A DNA stretch of 64,000 bases from Octopus vulgaris (lineage: Eukaryota): assembly GCA_951406725.2 (NCBI GenBank), contig OX597827.1, positions 22,444,001 to 22,508,000 of the forward strand, in the 5' to 3' direction. Positions within the stretch are counted from its first letter, which is position 1. Each line of letters opens with the position of its first letter. Below, one piece after another: positions 1 to 15,044 of the stretch. The notes below the pieces were generated by a model. It worked only from the letters and a program-made list of their open reading frames with translations, was not told the DNA's origin and did not search any database. The translations under genes and the position numbers were made by a program.

Positions 1-208
1 AATAATCATGAAGGACCATCATATAACAATGCAGTAAATTGCTGACGAAGGGTGAATAAATAGATGATCAGTGCGTTCCATTTTAATGGAGGATTTGTGC
101 ATGCGGAGTGTGTTGGCGAATTTCATCCCCAAGGTGTTGGCGGAGAAGTAGAAGCTACTCTGCATGGAAATCATTATTGGACGCTCAGGAAAGAAGGAAA
201 GAAGGATG

Positions 209-243
209 GTTTAACGTTTCGAGCGGAGCTCTTCGTCAGAAAC
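209..243 (-). ncRNA. Minimal type I hammerhead ribozyme motif, Penelope pLTR type
   Basis: Minus strand reads gttt-CTGACGA-a-gagc(tcc)gctc-GAAA-cg-TT-aaac: complete core, stem I gttt/aaac, stem II gagc/gctc, palindromic ACGT stem III typical of PLE minimal hammerheads. Confidence 0.7.
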
Positions 244-402
244 ATAGGAAAAGGAAAGGTCCCAAAAAGGGAAGACGGAGGGAAAAAAATCGCCAAAGGT
301 ACACACGCGGTCACATTTTGAATGACCAGAAGGGAATGGGTGAAGAAAAAGTTCTTTCAAAGACAGGAGAGTGCAAGAGGAGGTATGTATGTGTAAGTGT
401 GG

Positions 403-458
<56 letters not shown>

Positions 459-712
459 TCAGGTGTGATCTGCGGAAGAGAAGTGACGAGATATCAGACC
501 TGCTTGCAACGTAATGTCGTGAAGATAGTCCGACATTTGGTCGTCTAAACAGTTTCTGGGGTGGCTGATATAGAAGGTGGCACAAGTGTTTGAACTTAAG
601 TGTAACATAGAGGAGGATAATGCACCAAATTATTTGGTCAGATGTTCTGCTGATTCTTGTAATAAAGAATATTTTAAGTTGTGTGTGTATGTATATATAT
701 ATATATATTTGT

Positions 713-875
713 AGGCACAGGCCTGACGGTGTTGTAAGAAGCCTGCTTCGCAACTACATGGTTCCGGGTTCAGTCCCATTGCGTGGCATCTTGGACAAGT
801 GTCTTCTGCTATAACCTCAGGTCAACCAAAGCCTTTTGAGTGAATTTGATAGTCGGAAATTAAAAGAAATCCGTC

Positions 876-916
<41 letters not shown>

Positions 917-1102
917 TGTGTCTGTGTTTGTGTGTTTGTTTGCCCCCCACCCCATCGCTTGACAACCGATGTTTAACTCACTTTAATTTAGTGTTTCGGC
1001 AAAAAGAAAACGACAGAATAAGTACTAGGATTACAAAGAACAAGTCCTGGGGTCGATTTGTTCAACTAGTCGATTAGCCGCAGTCAAATGACTGAACCAA
1101 GT
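713..1102 (+). mobile_element. tRNA-derived CORE-like SINE (family A; resembles octopus OR-type SINEs)
   Basis: A/B-box head (ggttccgggttcagtccc), CORE-like ggcatcttggacaagtgtc, internal (TG)n, tail cagtcaaatgactgaac; flanked by (TA)n. Confidence 0.85.
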
Positions 1103-1119
1103 ATATATATGTATATATA

Positions 1120-1167
<48 letters not shown>

Positions 1168-1390
1168 TTAATGTGTCTATGTATATATAATATATATATA
1201 TACGCACACACATACATTCGTGTATATCATACATATTGTATACACATTATACACATAGATGTGCACGTGTGCTTGCATAAAAAATATAAAAACTTAAAAT
1301 TAATGTACGACAAATATTATGTTTTTAATTATATTCAAAGCCTGGCTTAATTAACAATATGCACGTATGCACGCATATGTATGGGGTGTG

Positions 1391-1848
<458 letters not shown>

Positions 1849-2166
1849 TATATATTCATGCATGTATATTTACATATAATGCAATATATTGTAATATACA
1901 TGGGAATGTGTGTATATACTCATACAGTTATAGATAAAAGTACACGTATGTAGACATAAGCAAGCACTTACACATAAATGTGACAGAATGTGCATGTATG
2001 TATATGCATGTATGTACGCATTTGTGAACGTGTAAATGTTTGTGTCTATATAATATGTGTGCATACCCACTAGCTTGACACATGGATCTATGTATATGTG
2101 TGTATGTGTGTATGTGCATGTATTTACATATGTAGTATATATATATACACACACACACATATATAC

Positions 2167-2209
<43 letters not shown>

Positions 2210-2336
2210 CGTGTATGTATGTATGTATGTATGAACATAATTATATAATTTGTTTTATTTATTGTTTGATGAATATTTCAAACAATATGAAGCATAAAAA
2301 ATTGGTAGAACTCGGTATTTTATACTTTTAACTTAT

Positions 2337-2378
2337 ATTTTAATATTTCGGGTATTTGTAAATCTTCTTCAGGAAATC
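2337..2378 (-). ncRNA. Degenerate hammerhead-like motif (Penelope pLTR remnant)
   Basis: Minus strand atttc-CTGAAGA-...-GAAA-ta-TT-aaaat; stems I and II imperfect. Confidence 0.35.
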
Positions 2379-2479
2379 TTTGAAGAAATGCTGTTGCGAG
2401 CTGTCCTCTCTGTCGTGTAGTGTGAAGGAGTCCTGACCTCAAAATATTTAAAATACAAGGTGAAAGTACAAACCCTCGA

Positions 2480-2620
2480 CTGTCCAAATTCACTCACAAT
2501 GCAGTGATAGGCCCGGAATATAGTAGATGACTTTTGGCCAAGGTACCGCTCTGTGGGACAGAAACCGAAACCACATGATTGCAAAGCGAGTCTCTTAACC
2601 ACACAACCATACCTGCGCCT
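2480..2620 (-). mobile_element. Degraded SINE family A head
   Basis: Reverse complement resembles the head and CORE of the 1495-1848 copy. Confidence 0.6.
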
Positions 2621-2631
2621 ATGTATAAATA

Positions 2632-2730
<99 letters not shown>

Positions 2731-2782
2731 TATATGTATATATATATATGTATATTTATATATATGTATATATATATATGTA

Positions 2783-2846
<64 letters not shown>

Positions 2847-3086
2847 TGTATATATACATATATGTATATATACATATATGTATATATATATATGTATATA
2901 TACATATATGTATATATACATATATGTATATATATATATGTATATATATATATATGTATATATATATGTATATATAAATGGCGGTGCCCCAGCATGGCCA
3001 CAGCTCATAGGCTGGAACTGGAATCAATCAATCAATCAATCATATGTATATATATATATATGTATATATATATGTATATATATATG

Positions 3087-3117
<31 letters not shown>

Positions 3118-3118
3118 G

Positions 3119-3173
<55 letters not shown>

Positions 3174-3410
3174 GTATGTATATATATATGTATGTATGTA
3201 TATATATATATGTATGTATATATATATGTATGTATATATATATATGTATGTATATATATATATATGTATATGTATATATGTATGTTTATATATATATGTA
3301 TATGTATATATATATATGTATATATATATGTATTTATACATATATATATGTATATATATATGTATATATATATGTGTATATATATATGTGTATATATATA
3401 TGTGTATATA

Positions 3411-3479
<69 letters not shown>

Positions 3480-3490
3480 GTATGCATTGC
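2620..3490. repeat. (TA)n/(TATG)n compound microsatellite
   Basis: Direct inspection. Confidence 0.95.
2977..3042 (+). mobile_element. About 65 bp 3'-end-only copy of the APE-RT LINE inside (TA)n
   Basis: aaatggcggtgccccagcatggccacagctcataggctggaactgg(aatc)n matches the 3' terminus at 61244-61314. Confidence 0.9.
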
Positions 3491-3956
3491 ATGTATAGAA
3501 ATCTCGGTACAAATGTTTTCAGTTTTAACTGTGCCGCAGTGTATCTAAGGATATATAATATTATGTATTCGTGCCTGTGTATGCAGGTACATGTTGATAT
3601 ATATATTTAATTGCATTCATACATGTGCAGCAATGTGTCTTAGTGCATCTATGCGCATTACATGTCTGGGAGTATGAGTACACAGTATGTTTGTACATAT
3701 AGATATGTGTCTGTGTTTGTGTGTGTGTGTTTGTGTATGTATACGTGTGTCTGCGTCTGTGTGTGTATATTAGTTATAGAATCTAGGCACAACAACAGGT
3801 ATGACGCCAGAAATGGCTAGGTACCATAACACAGGTTGCACAGCGACATAAAACAACCATGAAGGTATCATGGGTTGATAGGATACTGTAGACATGGAAG
3901 TACCAAATCCAATTGAAACTGTAGATCTGACTCAGGATTGGTTCTAGGTACGGCGT

Positions 3957-3998
<42 letters not shown>

Positions 3999-4041
3999 GT
4001 GTGTGTGTGTGTGTGTATACATACTTACATACATTGTATAA

Positions 4042-4072
<31 letters not shown>

Positions 4073-4113
4073 TACATATGTGTGTGTGTGTGTATACATA
4101 CATACATACATTG

Positions 4114-4155
<42 letters not shown>

Positions 4156-4507
4156 ACACACACACATATATATATAAATCGACTGAGAGAGATATATGTG
4201 TATATACGAGTGTGTGTGTGTGTGAGGGTGTGTGAATGATAAGTTTCCATTTCCTACCCTTTGAAAGGCTAGAAAAGCCAGGCTTGTAATTGAAACTAGT
4301 TAGGGGAGATAATAAGTGAAGGAGGTGAAGTGAGAGGAGCTCCTTTCAACTGATTGTTTGTTATAATCATGTTAAGCTTTTGAATGAAACGCTGAAGGTC
4401 GAATTAAGTTGAGTCTCACGTCAAGCATTTTCACAGTCTTTTTTTTTAAATCTTTCTGCAGTATTCTTTAATTTATAAGCAAACCCACACAGGACAATCC
4501 TATAATG

Positions 4508-5132
4508 CTGCGGTTCTCAACCGGGCTCCATGTGACCCGTGCGAGTGGGTGGGGGTCATTAAGGATTTTGCCGTTAAAATCTATTTGCGATAAACAGCTT
4601 ATATTTCTACAATACACAAAATGTTTTATTAATTTTTTTTTATATACAGCCCCTAATAATATTTAATTATATATACACAATAAGGCTTTTCTTTTAAGAA
4701 TCGCTGCTATAATGCGATGCACAGCGTACTCACTGTACTTCAATACTACCAATTACTACGACGCATACACCAGTGGTTTTCAACGAGGGTCCACATATTC
4801 CTTGGATCTCCATATAAAATTTTTGGTTGGAGTCCACACAAGCAAAGCAGGAAATTGGAAATACCCAGTAGTATTTTAAGGGGTCCATGAATAAATTTTG
4901 GTTTTATGTGTTTATTACAAAAAGCAAATAGGTCCCCTCCCCTTTCTGACGTTTAACGCAGTTCAACTTCCACAAGTGAATGTGAGAAAAACAAAATGGG
5001 AATTTTGAAAGAAATATCTATAAAATAAGTTTTTAAACATGGAATGGCTATGGGGGGGGGGGGTCCAGCAGAATAAAATGGTGAGTAAAGAGGTCTTAGA
5101 TAAGAAGAAAAAAATGGTTGTGAAGCACAGCT
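4508..5132. mobile_element. Decayed non-autonomous hAT (Charlie-like) MITE
   Basis: Left end tgcggttctcaacc (second copy cagtggttttcaac at 4771) and right end ggttgtgaagcacag resemble CAGTGGTTCTCAACC TIRs; subterminal ggggtcc motifs. Confidence 0.55.
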
Positions 5133-5879
5133 TTACACACTTCCCAACCAGTACTATAACATTTACTGTGTACATTCACCGCTCAGTATTGAACTCCTAT
5201 CCCATGCAATCACTTCCCAGCATTATAACCACACACGCGTGCGCACGCCACTCAATATTTCGACCTACACCGCACACAGCGTAACACAACCACTGGTCGA
5301 TACTACAACATGAACGTGATTCGGACACCACCCGGCAAATAAATCACATATACACGAAAAACAAACTCGACAATAATACAAAAGAAGAAAGAAATCGGGT
5401 GGAGGGAGCGGGTGGGACTTGGGGTGGATGGGTGGGAAAGTGTAAAAACGTACAGGTTTCAAACGAGTGAAAACATGATGATGGTGAGAAGGAGTAGGAG
5501 AAGGAAGAGGAGGGCGGTGGTTGTGGTCATGATAATGATGGCGATGTTGGTTGACGATGGTAGGGTTAGTGGTGGTGGTGGCGGTGGTGGTGCTTCAATA
5601 GGATTTAAACCAAGAGAGGATAGAAAGGGGGTGGGGGAAGGGAGATGGAGGTAGGGTGGTGTCGTTCATGCTTTTCCAATTCAGTGTTCCCTCTGTGACA
5701 CAATCGAACGAAACCAGAATGAAACATAATTCAGCGCCGACCGGAAGTGCGGAAGAGTAAATAAATAAACAATTTGATGATGATGATGATGATGATGAGA
5801 AGGAGGAGGAGGGGGAGGGGAGGGGGAGGAGGAGGAACTTTAACCATCGTTGCTAATGTGGATACAAAGCCGGACTTTT

Positions 5880-6039
5880 TTTTGGGGGTGGGAGTCGTTG
5901 TTGATTACCTTGGAAGGATGAAAAGCAAAGTTAACCGCATTGAGATTTCTTCAACTCAGAACTTAAAAGGGCCCAACTAAATACTTTGCAGAGTAATTTG
6001 TCCAACACGCCATCAATCCTATCATCACGCCACCATTGA

Positions 6040-6111
<72 letters not shown>

Positions 6112-6545
6112 TATGGTTTCAAATTTTGGCACAAGGCCAGCAACTTCAGTAAGGAGGAAAGTCGATTATCATCGACTACAGTACTCAACTGGAACTTATT
6201 TTATCGACCCCGAAAGGATGCAAAGTAAAATCGACCTCCGTTGGAATTTGAACTCAGAACTTACAAACAAAGTGACGCGAAGCATCTTTTTTCGGCTGAC
6301 GATTCTGTCAGCTAGCATCAACAACAACAATAATAATAATCCTTTCTTCTATAGGCAGAAGGTCTGAAATTTTTGGGGAGGGGGATTATCGATAACATCG
6401 ATCCCAGTGTTCGGCTGGCACTTAATTCATCGACCCCGAAAGGGATAAAAAGCGAGGTTAACTCGGCGGGATTTGAACTCTGATCGTTAAGGGCCGAAAG
6501 AAATACTACGTGGCATTTTATTTTACGCTTCTCACAGTCCACGCT
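5880..6545 (-). mobile_element. Cluster of three SINE family B copies (tRNA head plus Meta/Nin-like core) separated by (TAA)n
   Basis: Repeated atcgaccccgaaaggatg-aaag-caaagtcgacctc-gg-atttgaactcag motif. Confidence 0.8.
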
Positions 6546-6556
6546 TCTAATAATAA

Positions 6557-6880
6557 TAGCCATATGTTGAGAGGGATTCTTTGGCGTTTGAATAATTCAC
6601 CCCTGGAAACATGGGTGATTCGTTCAGCATCCTTAAACAACCCTTATTCAGGGACCTTTTGAGCGGGATGGACTATTTGACCCGAAGAAAATTCTAACTG
6701 GGCCCCATCAGCAAGGTCATGCGCTGTTTATCGTGATATGAGATCACCAAGTCGCGCACATACGGTCGTGATGCATGTGCCTGGTGTACCCTTATCAGAC
6801 GTGTAGTCATGATGGGTATACTGGGCTTCGTATATTTGTACCCCAGTGTCACTTTGATGAATTGTACTGCTCTCTCACTC

Positions 6881-6921
<41 letters not shown>
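6557..6921 (+). mobile_element. (TAA)n-tailed retroposon family C (LINE 3' UTR or SINE)
   Basis: Homologous to 22318-22622(-), 22785-22895(-) and 63663-64000(+); ends ...ctctctcactc(aat)n. Confidence 0.8.
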
Positions 6922-6923
<2 letters not shown>

Positions 6924-7182
6924 TCTTTATTTGCCACATGAGGAAAACTTTGGTAACCACGTACTTTAACGTATAAGTTGAGAGAAGGTGGGCTGTAAAT
7001 ACTAATTAATATGTATGAGAAAGATTACAGTATAATTTATTTATCTACACACATACATAGAGGGATGTATATGCATACACATACATATACATATAGCTAT
7101 ATGTATACACATACATGACTGGTTATACAAGCATACTTGCATGTGTGCGTATGTGTATGTATGGAATATATAATATACATAT

Positions 7183-7240
<58 letters not shown>

Positions 7241-7349
7241 GTATGTACGTACGTATACGTGTGAGTGTGTTGTATATTGCAATGGAAAGAGAAAGTTCAA
7301 AATCAACTTTTTGACCTCTGTGTATTTACACGCACGCACACACACACAC

Positions 7350-7485
7350 ACACAGTTTCTGTGTATCAAATCCACTCATAAGGCATTGCTCGGCCCGGAG
7401 CTGTAAAAGAAGACATTTGCACAAGGTGCCGCACGGTGGGACAGAACCTGAAAACACGTGGTTCCGAAGAGAACTTCTCAACCAA
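7350..7485 (-). mobile_element. Partial SINE family A
   Basis: aaatccactcataagg...gaagacatttgcacaaggtgcc matches the reverse complement of family A. Confidence 0.65.
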
Positions 7486-8633
7486 ATTTTTGGTGTTGGG
7501 ACAGCAAATGACGAGTCTCAGTATTTTACTGTAATTTGATGGGTTGATTTTTTGTTTGTTTGTTTTCTGTTTTTTCTTTTTGTTCTTGTTATATTTACCC
7601 AAGATGGGATGAAAGACTTGGGTCGGGTTTGAACGCGTAATGTGAAAGTTTGCATAGAAAAGTAAACAAACTTACCTGATTTCATCCGATTCACTCCCTT
7701 CCGCGCATGGCGGGAAAATAAAGTCAGCTGTCATTTTGATGGCGTAATGATGATGGTGATGCGGTGGCGTTGATCGCTTATCTGTGTGTGTGTGTGTGTG
7801 TGTATTTGTGAATGTGTGTGTGTGTCTACATCAAACGTGTGTATGTGTCGGTAAGAAAGTAGATTTGCGGTATCGGAAAAGTGCTTGTCTGTGTGAGTGT
7901 ATGTGTGTGTCTATGTGTGTGCGTGTGGGCTGAATGTAGTTATGTATGTGTGTAAGTAAATATATGCATATACATGTGTGTGTGCATATGTGTGCGTGTG
8001 TGTGAGTGTACATGTGTGTGTGTGTGTGTGTGTGTACAGGTGACGTTTTTAATGAAGATTTTCTTTTCTTTTTTTTTCTTCTAATTTAAACAAAATGTGT
8101 AATATTTGTTGAAATACTCTCCGTTCGTCCTTGTTGTTTCAACCGCTGTTGTTGTTGTTACTGTTACTGTTCCTGCTGTTGTTGTTGTTGTTGTGCTTAT
8201 TGTTCTTGTTCTTGCTTCTGCTGTTCTTTCATATACTTTTTTTCTTTCTTATTGTTGTTGTACTTCCAGTGGTTCTGTTAATTGTTTCCAAAAATTTAAC
8301 GTCACTTGTTATTGTCGTGATGATGATTCTGGTCATAAAGATGATAATGATGAAGATGATGATGATGATGATGATGACGATGATGATGAGGAGAAAGAGG
8401 AGGAGGAGGAGGAGGAAGAATATTTGCTGTTGTTATTGTTGTTGTGGCATTTCTTGATTTTCCAAACCAGAAACTTTTTGACTTTCCATATTTCTTTTAT
8501 TTTATCTTCCTCTCTCTCTCTTTCCTTTCCTTTTCTGTCTCCCTGTGTCTGTTAGTCCCTTTTCTTTAGTTTTATTTCCACTTGATTAACTTTTCTCAGA
8601 TTGCATCCTCTCTCTCTCTCTTTCTCTCTCTCT

Positions 8634-8670
<37 letters not shown>

Positions 8671-8756
8671 TCTATATATCTAATTATATTGCTCATACAT
8701 AAATATATATATATATATATATACATGCATGTCTCTCTCTCTCTCTCTCCCTTTAA

Positions 8757-8803
<47 letters not shown>

Positions 8804-9148
8804 TGTATTTATATATGTATGTATATGTTTTTGCGTTGAGTACGTAGACAGCGAAGCCGACCGCCTGCCTGTCTGCCTGCTCGCCTGCCTGCCTGCCCGT
8901 CCAGTATGTCCTCACCTATTTCTAAAGACAAGAAGCGAGAGGTGTGTCCGCTTCGAAACTGTAAAGAGGCGGAGATAAGAAGTATTTTTCACAGCCGGTG
9001 CTGTAGTTCACTAGTCCCACTTTTACAACATCGGTCTCCCTCACTGGCTGACTCGATGTCTGGCCTGCAATCACTGGCTGATGACTGTGGTGCTTTGCCG
9101 GTGTCAGCCAGCCAAACAGGATATTTAAAGCTTTTCCCCCCTTCGTGC

Positions 9149-9660
<512 letters not shown>

Positions 9661-9825
9661 TTTGTATATGTACATTCATGCATACAGTATATAAGTATAT
9701 ATATGTGTTTTTGTGTGCGTGTGTGTTTGTATGTGTGTATAAATGTATGTGTGTGTGTGCGCGTGCATGCATAAGTGGTGAACTTAATTATATTAAGTTT
9801 TTGTATGTAAGCATGTGTGAGAGTT

Positions 9826-9872
<47 letters not shown>

Positions 9873-10085
9873 ATCTGTGAGTATGTTATGTAATGCGTAT
9901 GCACACATGCGCATACATAGTCATACATATGTGTATATATGTATGAATATATATGTGCGAAATGAACACACGTCTCTTACACGTCTATACGTGTGAATAC
10001 ATGTATGTTTGGTGCGTACGAAAGAATTTGTGTAGGGAGTGTACATGTGTGTAAGCTTTTCCATTGCATAGTGTGTAGTTATGTA

Positions 10086-10116
<31 letters not shown>

Positions 10117-10319
10117 ATTTGCGTGTATGTGTAGAAGTATACTGTGTACTTGTATGTGTGCATGTTCATGTGTAAGTGTATGTATGCGCTGCTTGTGAGT
10201 TGCGTATTTGTATGCGTGTACATTGTATGCATATGTTTATATGTACGTTAAGCGTTATGCATCTATATGTTTTTGCAAACACGCACGCGCATATGTGTGT
10301 GTATGCATATATATGCATA

Positions 10320-10834
<515 letters not shown>

Positions 10835-10872
10835 AACACACACAGATATACCACCACCAAGAACAACAATAG

Positions 10873-11333
10873 TAATGGTTTCAAATTTTGGCACAAGGCC
10901 AGCAATTTCGGGGTGAGGGTAAGCTGTTTACATCGATCGCAGTACAAAACTAATATTTATTTTATTGATCCCGAAAGCATGAAATGCAAAGTCAAGCCCG
11001 GCGGAGTTTGAACTTAGAGCGTAAAGTCGGAAGAAACGCCGCCAAAAATTTTGTCCGGCGCGATAACGATTCTGCCAGCTCACCGCCTTAATAATAATAA
11101 AAATAAGAATAATAATCGTTTCTACTATATGCACAAGGCATGAAATTTGGTGGTGGGGTAGGGTTGTCGATTACATGGACCCCCGTATTCCACGGGTACT
11201 TATTTCATCGACCCCCGAAAGGATGAAAGATAAAATCGACATCGGCGGAATTTGAACTCAGAACGTAAAGACGGGACGAAATGCCGCTAAACATTTTCCT
11301 CCGGCGTGCTAACGATTTCGCTAGCTGGACACC

Positions 11334-11386
<53 letters not shown>

Positions 11387-11490
11387 GACCCCAGTGCTGG
11401 ATTGGCGCTTATTTCATCATCTCTGAAAGCATGAAAAGCAAAATCGACCTGGTGTGATTTGAACTCACAATGTAAAGATGGTCGGAAAAT
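10873..11490 (-). mobile_element. Tandem SINE family B copies with (TAA)n spacers
   Basis: Family B core at about 10965, 11205 and 11415; both tail types present. Confidence 0.85.
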
Positions 11491-11502
11491 AATAATTTCT
11501 AT

Positions 11503-11890
11503 TCAGGAGTGGCTGTGTGGTAAGTAGCTTGCTTACCAACCACATGGTTCTGGGTTCAGTCCCACTGCGAGGCACCTTGAGCAAGTGTCTTCTACTATAG
11601 CCTCGGGCCAACCAAAGCCTTGTGAGTGGATTTGGTTGACGAAAACTGAAATTTGGTAGATGTATATATATATGTGTGTGTGCGTGTCTGTGTTTGTCCT
11701 TCCAACGTCGCTTGACAACCGGTGCTGGTGTGTTTACGTCCCAGTAACTTAGCGGTTCGGCAAGAGAGAGACCGATAGAATAAGTACTAGGCCTACAGAG
11801 AATAAGTCCTGGGGTCAATTTGCTCGACTAAAGGCGATGCTCCAGCATGGCCGCAGTCAAATGCCTGATACAAGTAAGGAGTAAAAGAGA
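11503..11890 (+). mobile_element. SINE family A, full length
   Basis: Head, CORE-like block and LINE-like tail as in 1495-1848. Confidence 0.9.
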
Positions 11891-12055
11891 TATACTCTAG
11901 ATTTTCTTTATGTGGTGTATTTGCGGCCCACTCTTTCCGCTTGTTGAATTCGTGGCGACACCGAATCCTAACACGACTACTTCTTGAGTTTTGAGTCCTC
12001 TCACACTAGCATTTCGCTTAGTTGAACTAAAACTGCACCGACTCGCCTTGCGTCT

Positions 12056-12110
<55 letters not shown>

Positions 12111-12543
12111 GCATATATAAACAGAAATGAGGTAAGAGAAATAAGGCCAGTGGTATGTATTCGAATAACATTGACAAATATCGGTTGTAAGTTATTTAAT
12201 ATCCCGTGACTATGTTGTACGTGACATACAAATACAATCAGAAACGCATAATGAAATAGTTTTCTGAATTTGATGAAGGTTCCTGCCTAAATAAATCATA
12301 TCATTCCTCTTTCTCGCGCCGAAGAAATATCTAAAGAGGCTTGTCCGTCTGACCCATGGTCCCAGCGCACAAAATTCAAAAGGTGTTGCCCCGAAGAATG
12401 GCAAAAAAGATGCGCTGTAACAGTCACTCTGACTCAGGGGCTCGCATTTGCGGGTAACCATCTCGGCCCCGATAGCAGCAATGATTATGGATGTGGTCTG
12501 GGGACTGGAAACCTGTCAGAGATCAGCCCTTATTTGTCTGTAT

Positions 12544-12592
<49 letters not shown>

Positions 12593-13114
12593 GCGCGTGT
12601 GTGTGTGTCTGTGTATGCGTGTGTAAATCCGTCATACGCAACAAATGCAATGTTAAATAAAAATAGCCTTCTATGTATCGTACTTAATGAAGATACATCG
12701 TTGAAAAGCAATTTACTGAAGTATTCGTCAAGAAATAACATCTCCAACATATATCAGAGGGAGACAAAGATCGTCCCAGCAGCGGACAACAACTATACGC
12801 CAGATGTATTTCGGCGTCATTGAGCCCTATCAATGGCGTGTACTCACGGGCGTCCACTTGCTTAGACGAGATTTGTCGTCTTTTCGGTATATAAGGAGAC
12901 GGTGAATAAAAAATATCCACCGACATTGCGAATAACCACCCAGTTGAATAAAAATCTTTTGTATACAAGATAACTGTATTAGATTAAAATAACCACCAAT
13001 GAATCGTACTTACGTTAATGGCAATATATACATCTAGATATACATATGCACACAAACACAAACACATACACACAGATATGTATGTATATATATATACATA
13101 TATATACATACATA

Positions 13115-13150
<36 letters not shown>

Positions 13151-13216
13151 GTGAGAGAAGGAGAGAGAGAGAGATGGTGGCCGTGTAGTAATAAGCATGT
13201 ATCTTTTACTATAGCC

Positions 13217-13317
13217 TATAAATGCGTATGTATATATATATATATATATAAATGCGTATGTATATATATATATATATATATAATGCGTATATATATATAT
13301 ATATATATATATATGCG

Positions 13318-13352
<35 letters not shown>

Positions 13353-13384
13353 GCGTATGTATATATATATATATATAAAATGCG

Positions 13385-13427
<43 letters not shown>

Positions 13428-13460
13428 GCGTATGTATATATATATATATATATATATGCG

Positions 13461-13535
<75 letters not shown>

Positions 13536-13538
13536 GCG

Positions 13539-13572
<34 letters not shown>
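13217..13572. repeat. Minisatellite [aaatgcgtatg(ta)n]
   Basis: About eight units visible. Confidence 0.85.
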
Positions 13573-13584
<12 letters not shown>

Positions 13585-13671
13585 AATTAAAGATAAGAAA
13601 GAAAAATTATGCATCATCAAAGCTTGTTTCTTCCAGTAGATATATGGCATATAATCACTATAAATCTCTGA

Positions 13672-13761
13672 CCGACACAGGTTTCTATTGCATAGATATC
13701 CTAGAATGTGGCACCTAAGTTGCACAACCTAGGATATCTATGCAATAGAAACACGTGTCGG
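13672..13761. repeat. 33 bp inverted repeat made of two head-to-head Penelope-like pLTR half-hammerheads
   Basis: ccgacacaggtttctattgcatagatatcctag / ctaggatatctatgcaatagaaacacgtgtcgg; each arm reads GAAAC-N4-GTC outward. Confidence 0.7.
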
Positions 13762-14217
13762 ACGAAGACTTAAAATGAGTATATTGTAAATAATACTGTA
13801 ATAAACACACTTTGAGGATGTATAAATCTCCATTCTTATTTTTAATCTCTTAAATATACTCTATATACTGTATAAAATCCAAAAACGCACACTCGGGTTT
13901 CAGATACTGTGCGATTGTTTACCTTAAACAATTTCCAGTTGTTCGATATCATTTACACTAGAGTACTTCTAAGGTACCTGCTCGGATTTAATATCTCTAT
14001 TCCTTCATGTTATACATACACACGTACACACGCAAACACATACATACATACATACATACATACATACATACATACATACATACATACATACATACATACA
14101 TACATTCTTATTTAATTTCTTTTGCAGGATTCATGATGTAAAATCGTGTGTTGAAACTGTTCTTGCCAAATAAATACACGCCACTATATATTCGTTCTTC
14201 ACTCGAACGAATATACA

Positions 14218-14302
<85 letters not shown>

Positions 14303-14303
14303 C

Positions 14304-14334
<31 letters not shown>

Positions 14335-14364
14335 TGTGTATCTATATGTATTATAGATAGATAA

Positions 14365-14416
<52 letters not shown>

Positions 14417-15044
14417 GTCTGTGCAATGAAGGTTACAAACAGACACTCGTAGACCTTAAACAATATGTTAATTTGTTTGATTGGGGTGTGACTGCAGTCA
14501 ACACAAAACAGTACAGAATGGCGGCTTTGCTAAGACATTAATTTAATAAGTCTGTCACAGAGAATATCTGTGAAATTCCAGGGATTCTGAAATTAATGTG
14601 TCAAAAACACTATAATCCAAATAATAGACTTTAGAGTGGAGATGCTTCCGAGTTGGTTTTTAATTTAACATATATTTAATCATACTCTGACACGCGCGCG
14701 TACGTACTCTCTCTCACACACACACATACCCCATACATACACACATTGACGACGTTTTAAGAATAAAGAAACTTCGAGAGAACATGAAATAATTCCGGTT
14801 TTTTTTTTTTTCCTTCTGAACAGTTTAACTCGAAGTAAATAAAGCTTTGAATAACATCGTGTAAGTATTTGGTTACAATTTTTTTTTTAATCGATAGAAA
14901 AATTCGGATTGCTTTGGTCCAATTGTAGAACGTCTTTCATGTTTACAGGAGATATAGGTTCAAATCCCACCAGCAGCCTTCGAATTTTTCTATCCTAATG
15001 GGTTTTTAATCCAATGTTTACATGCCATTATTTATAACTATACT

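Noticed and set aside
2553-3610. IY/CV/TH-repeat ORFs here and throughout
   Set aside because: Translations of dinucleotide repeats with no domain content.
13217-13572. CRISPR-like repeat-spacer pattern
   Set aside because: Spacers are only (TA)n, the context is eukaryotic and no cas genes are present.
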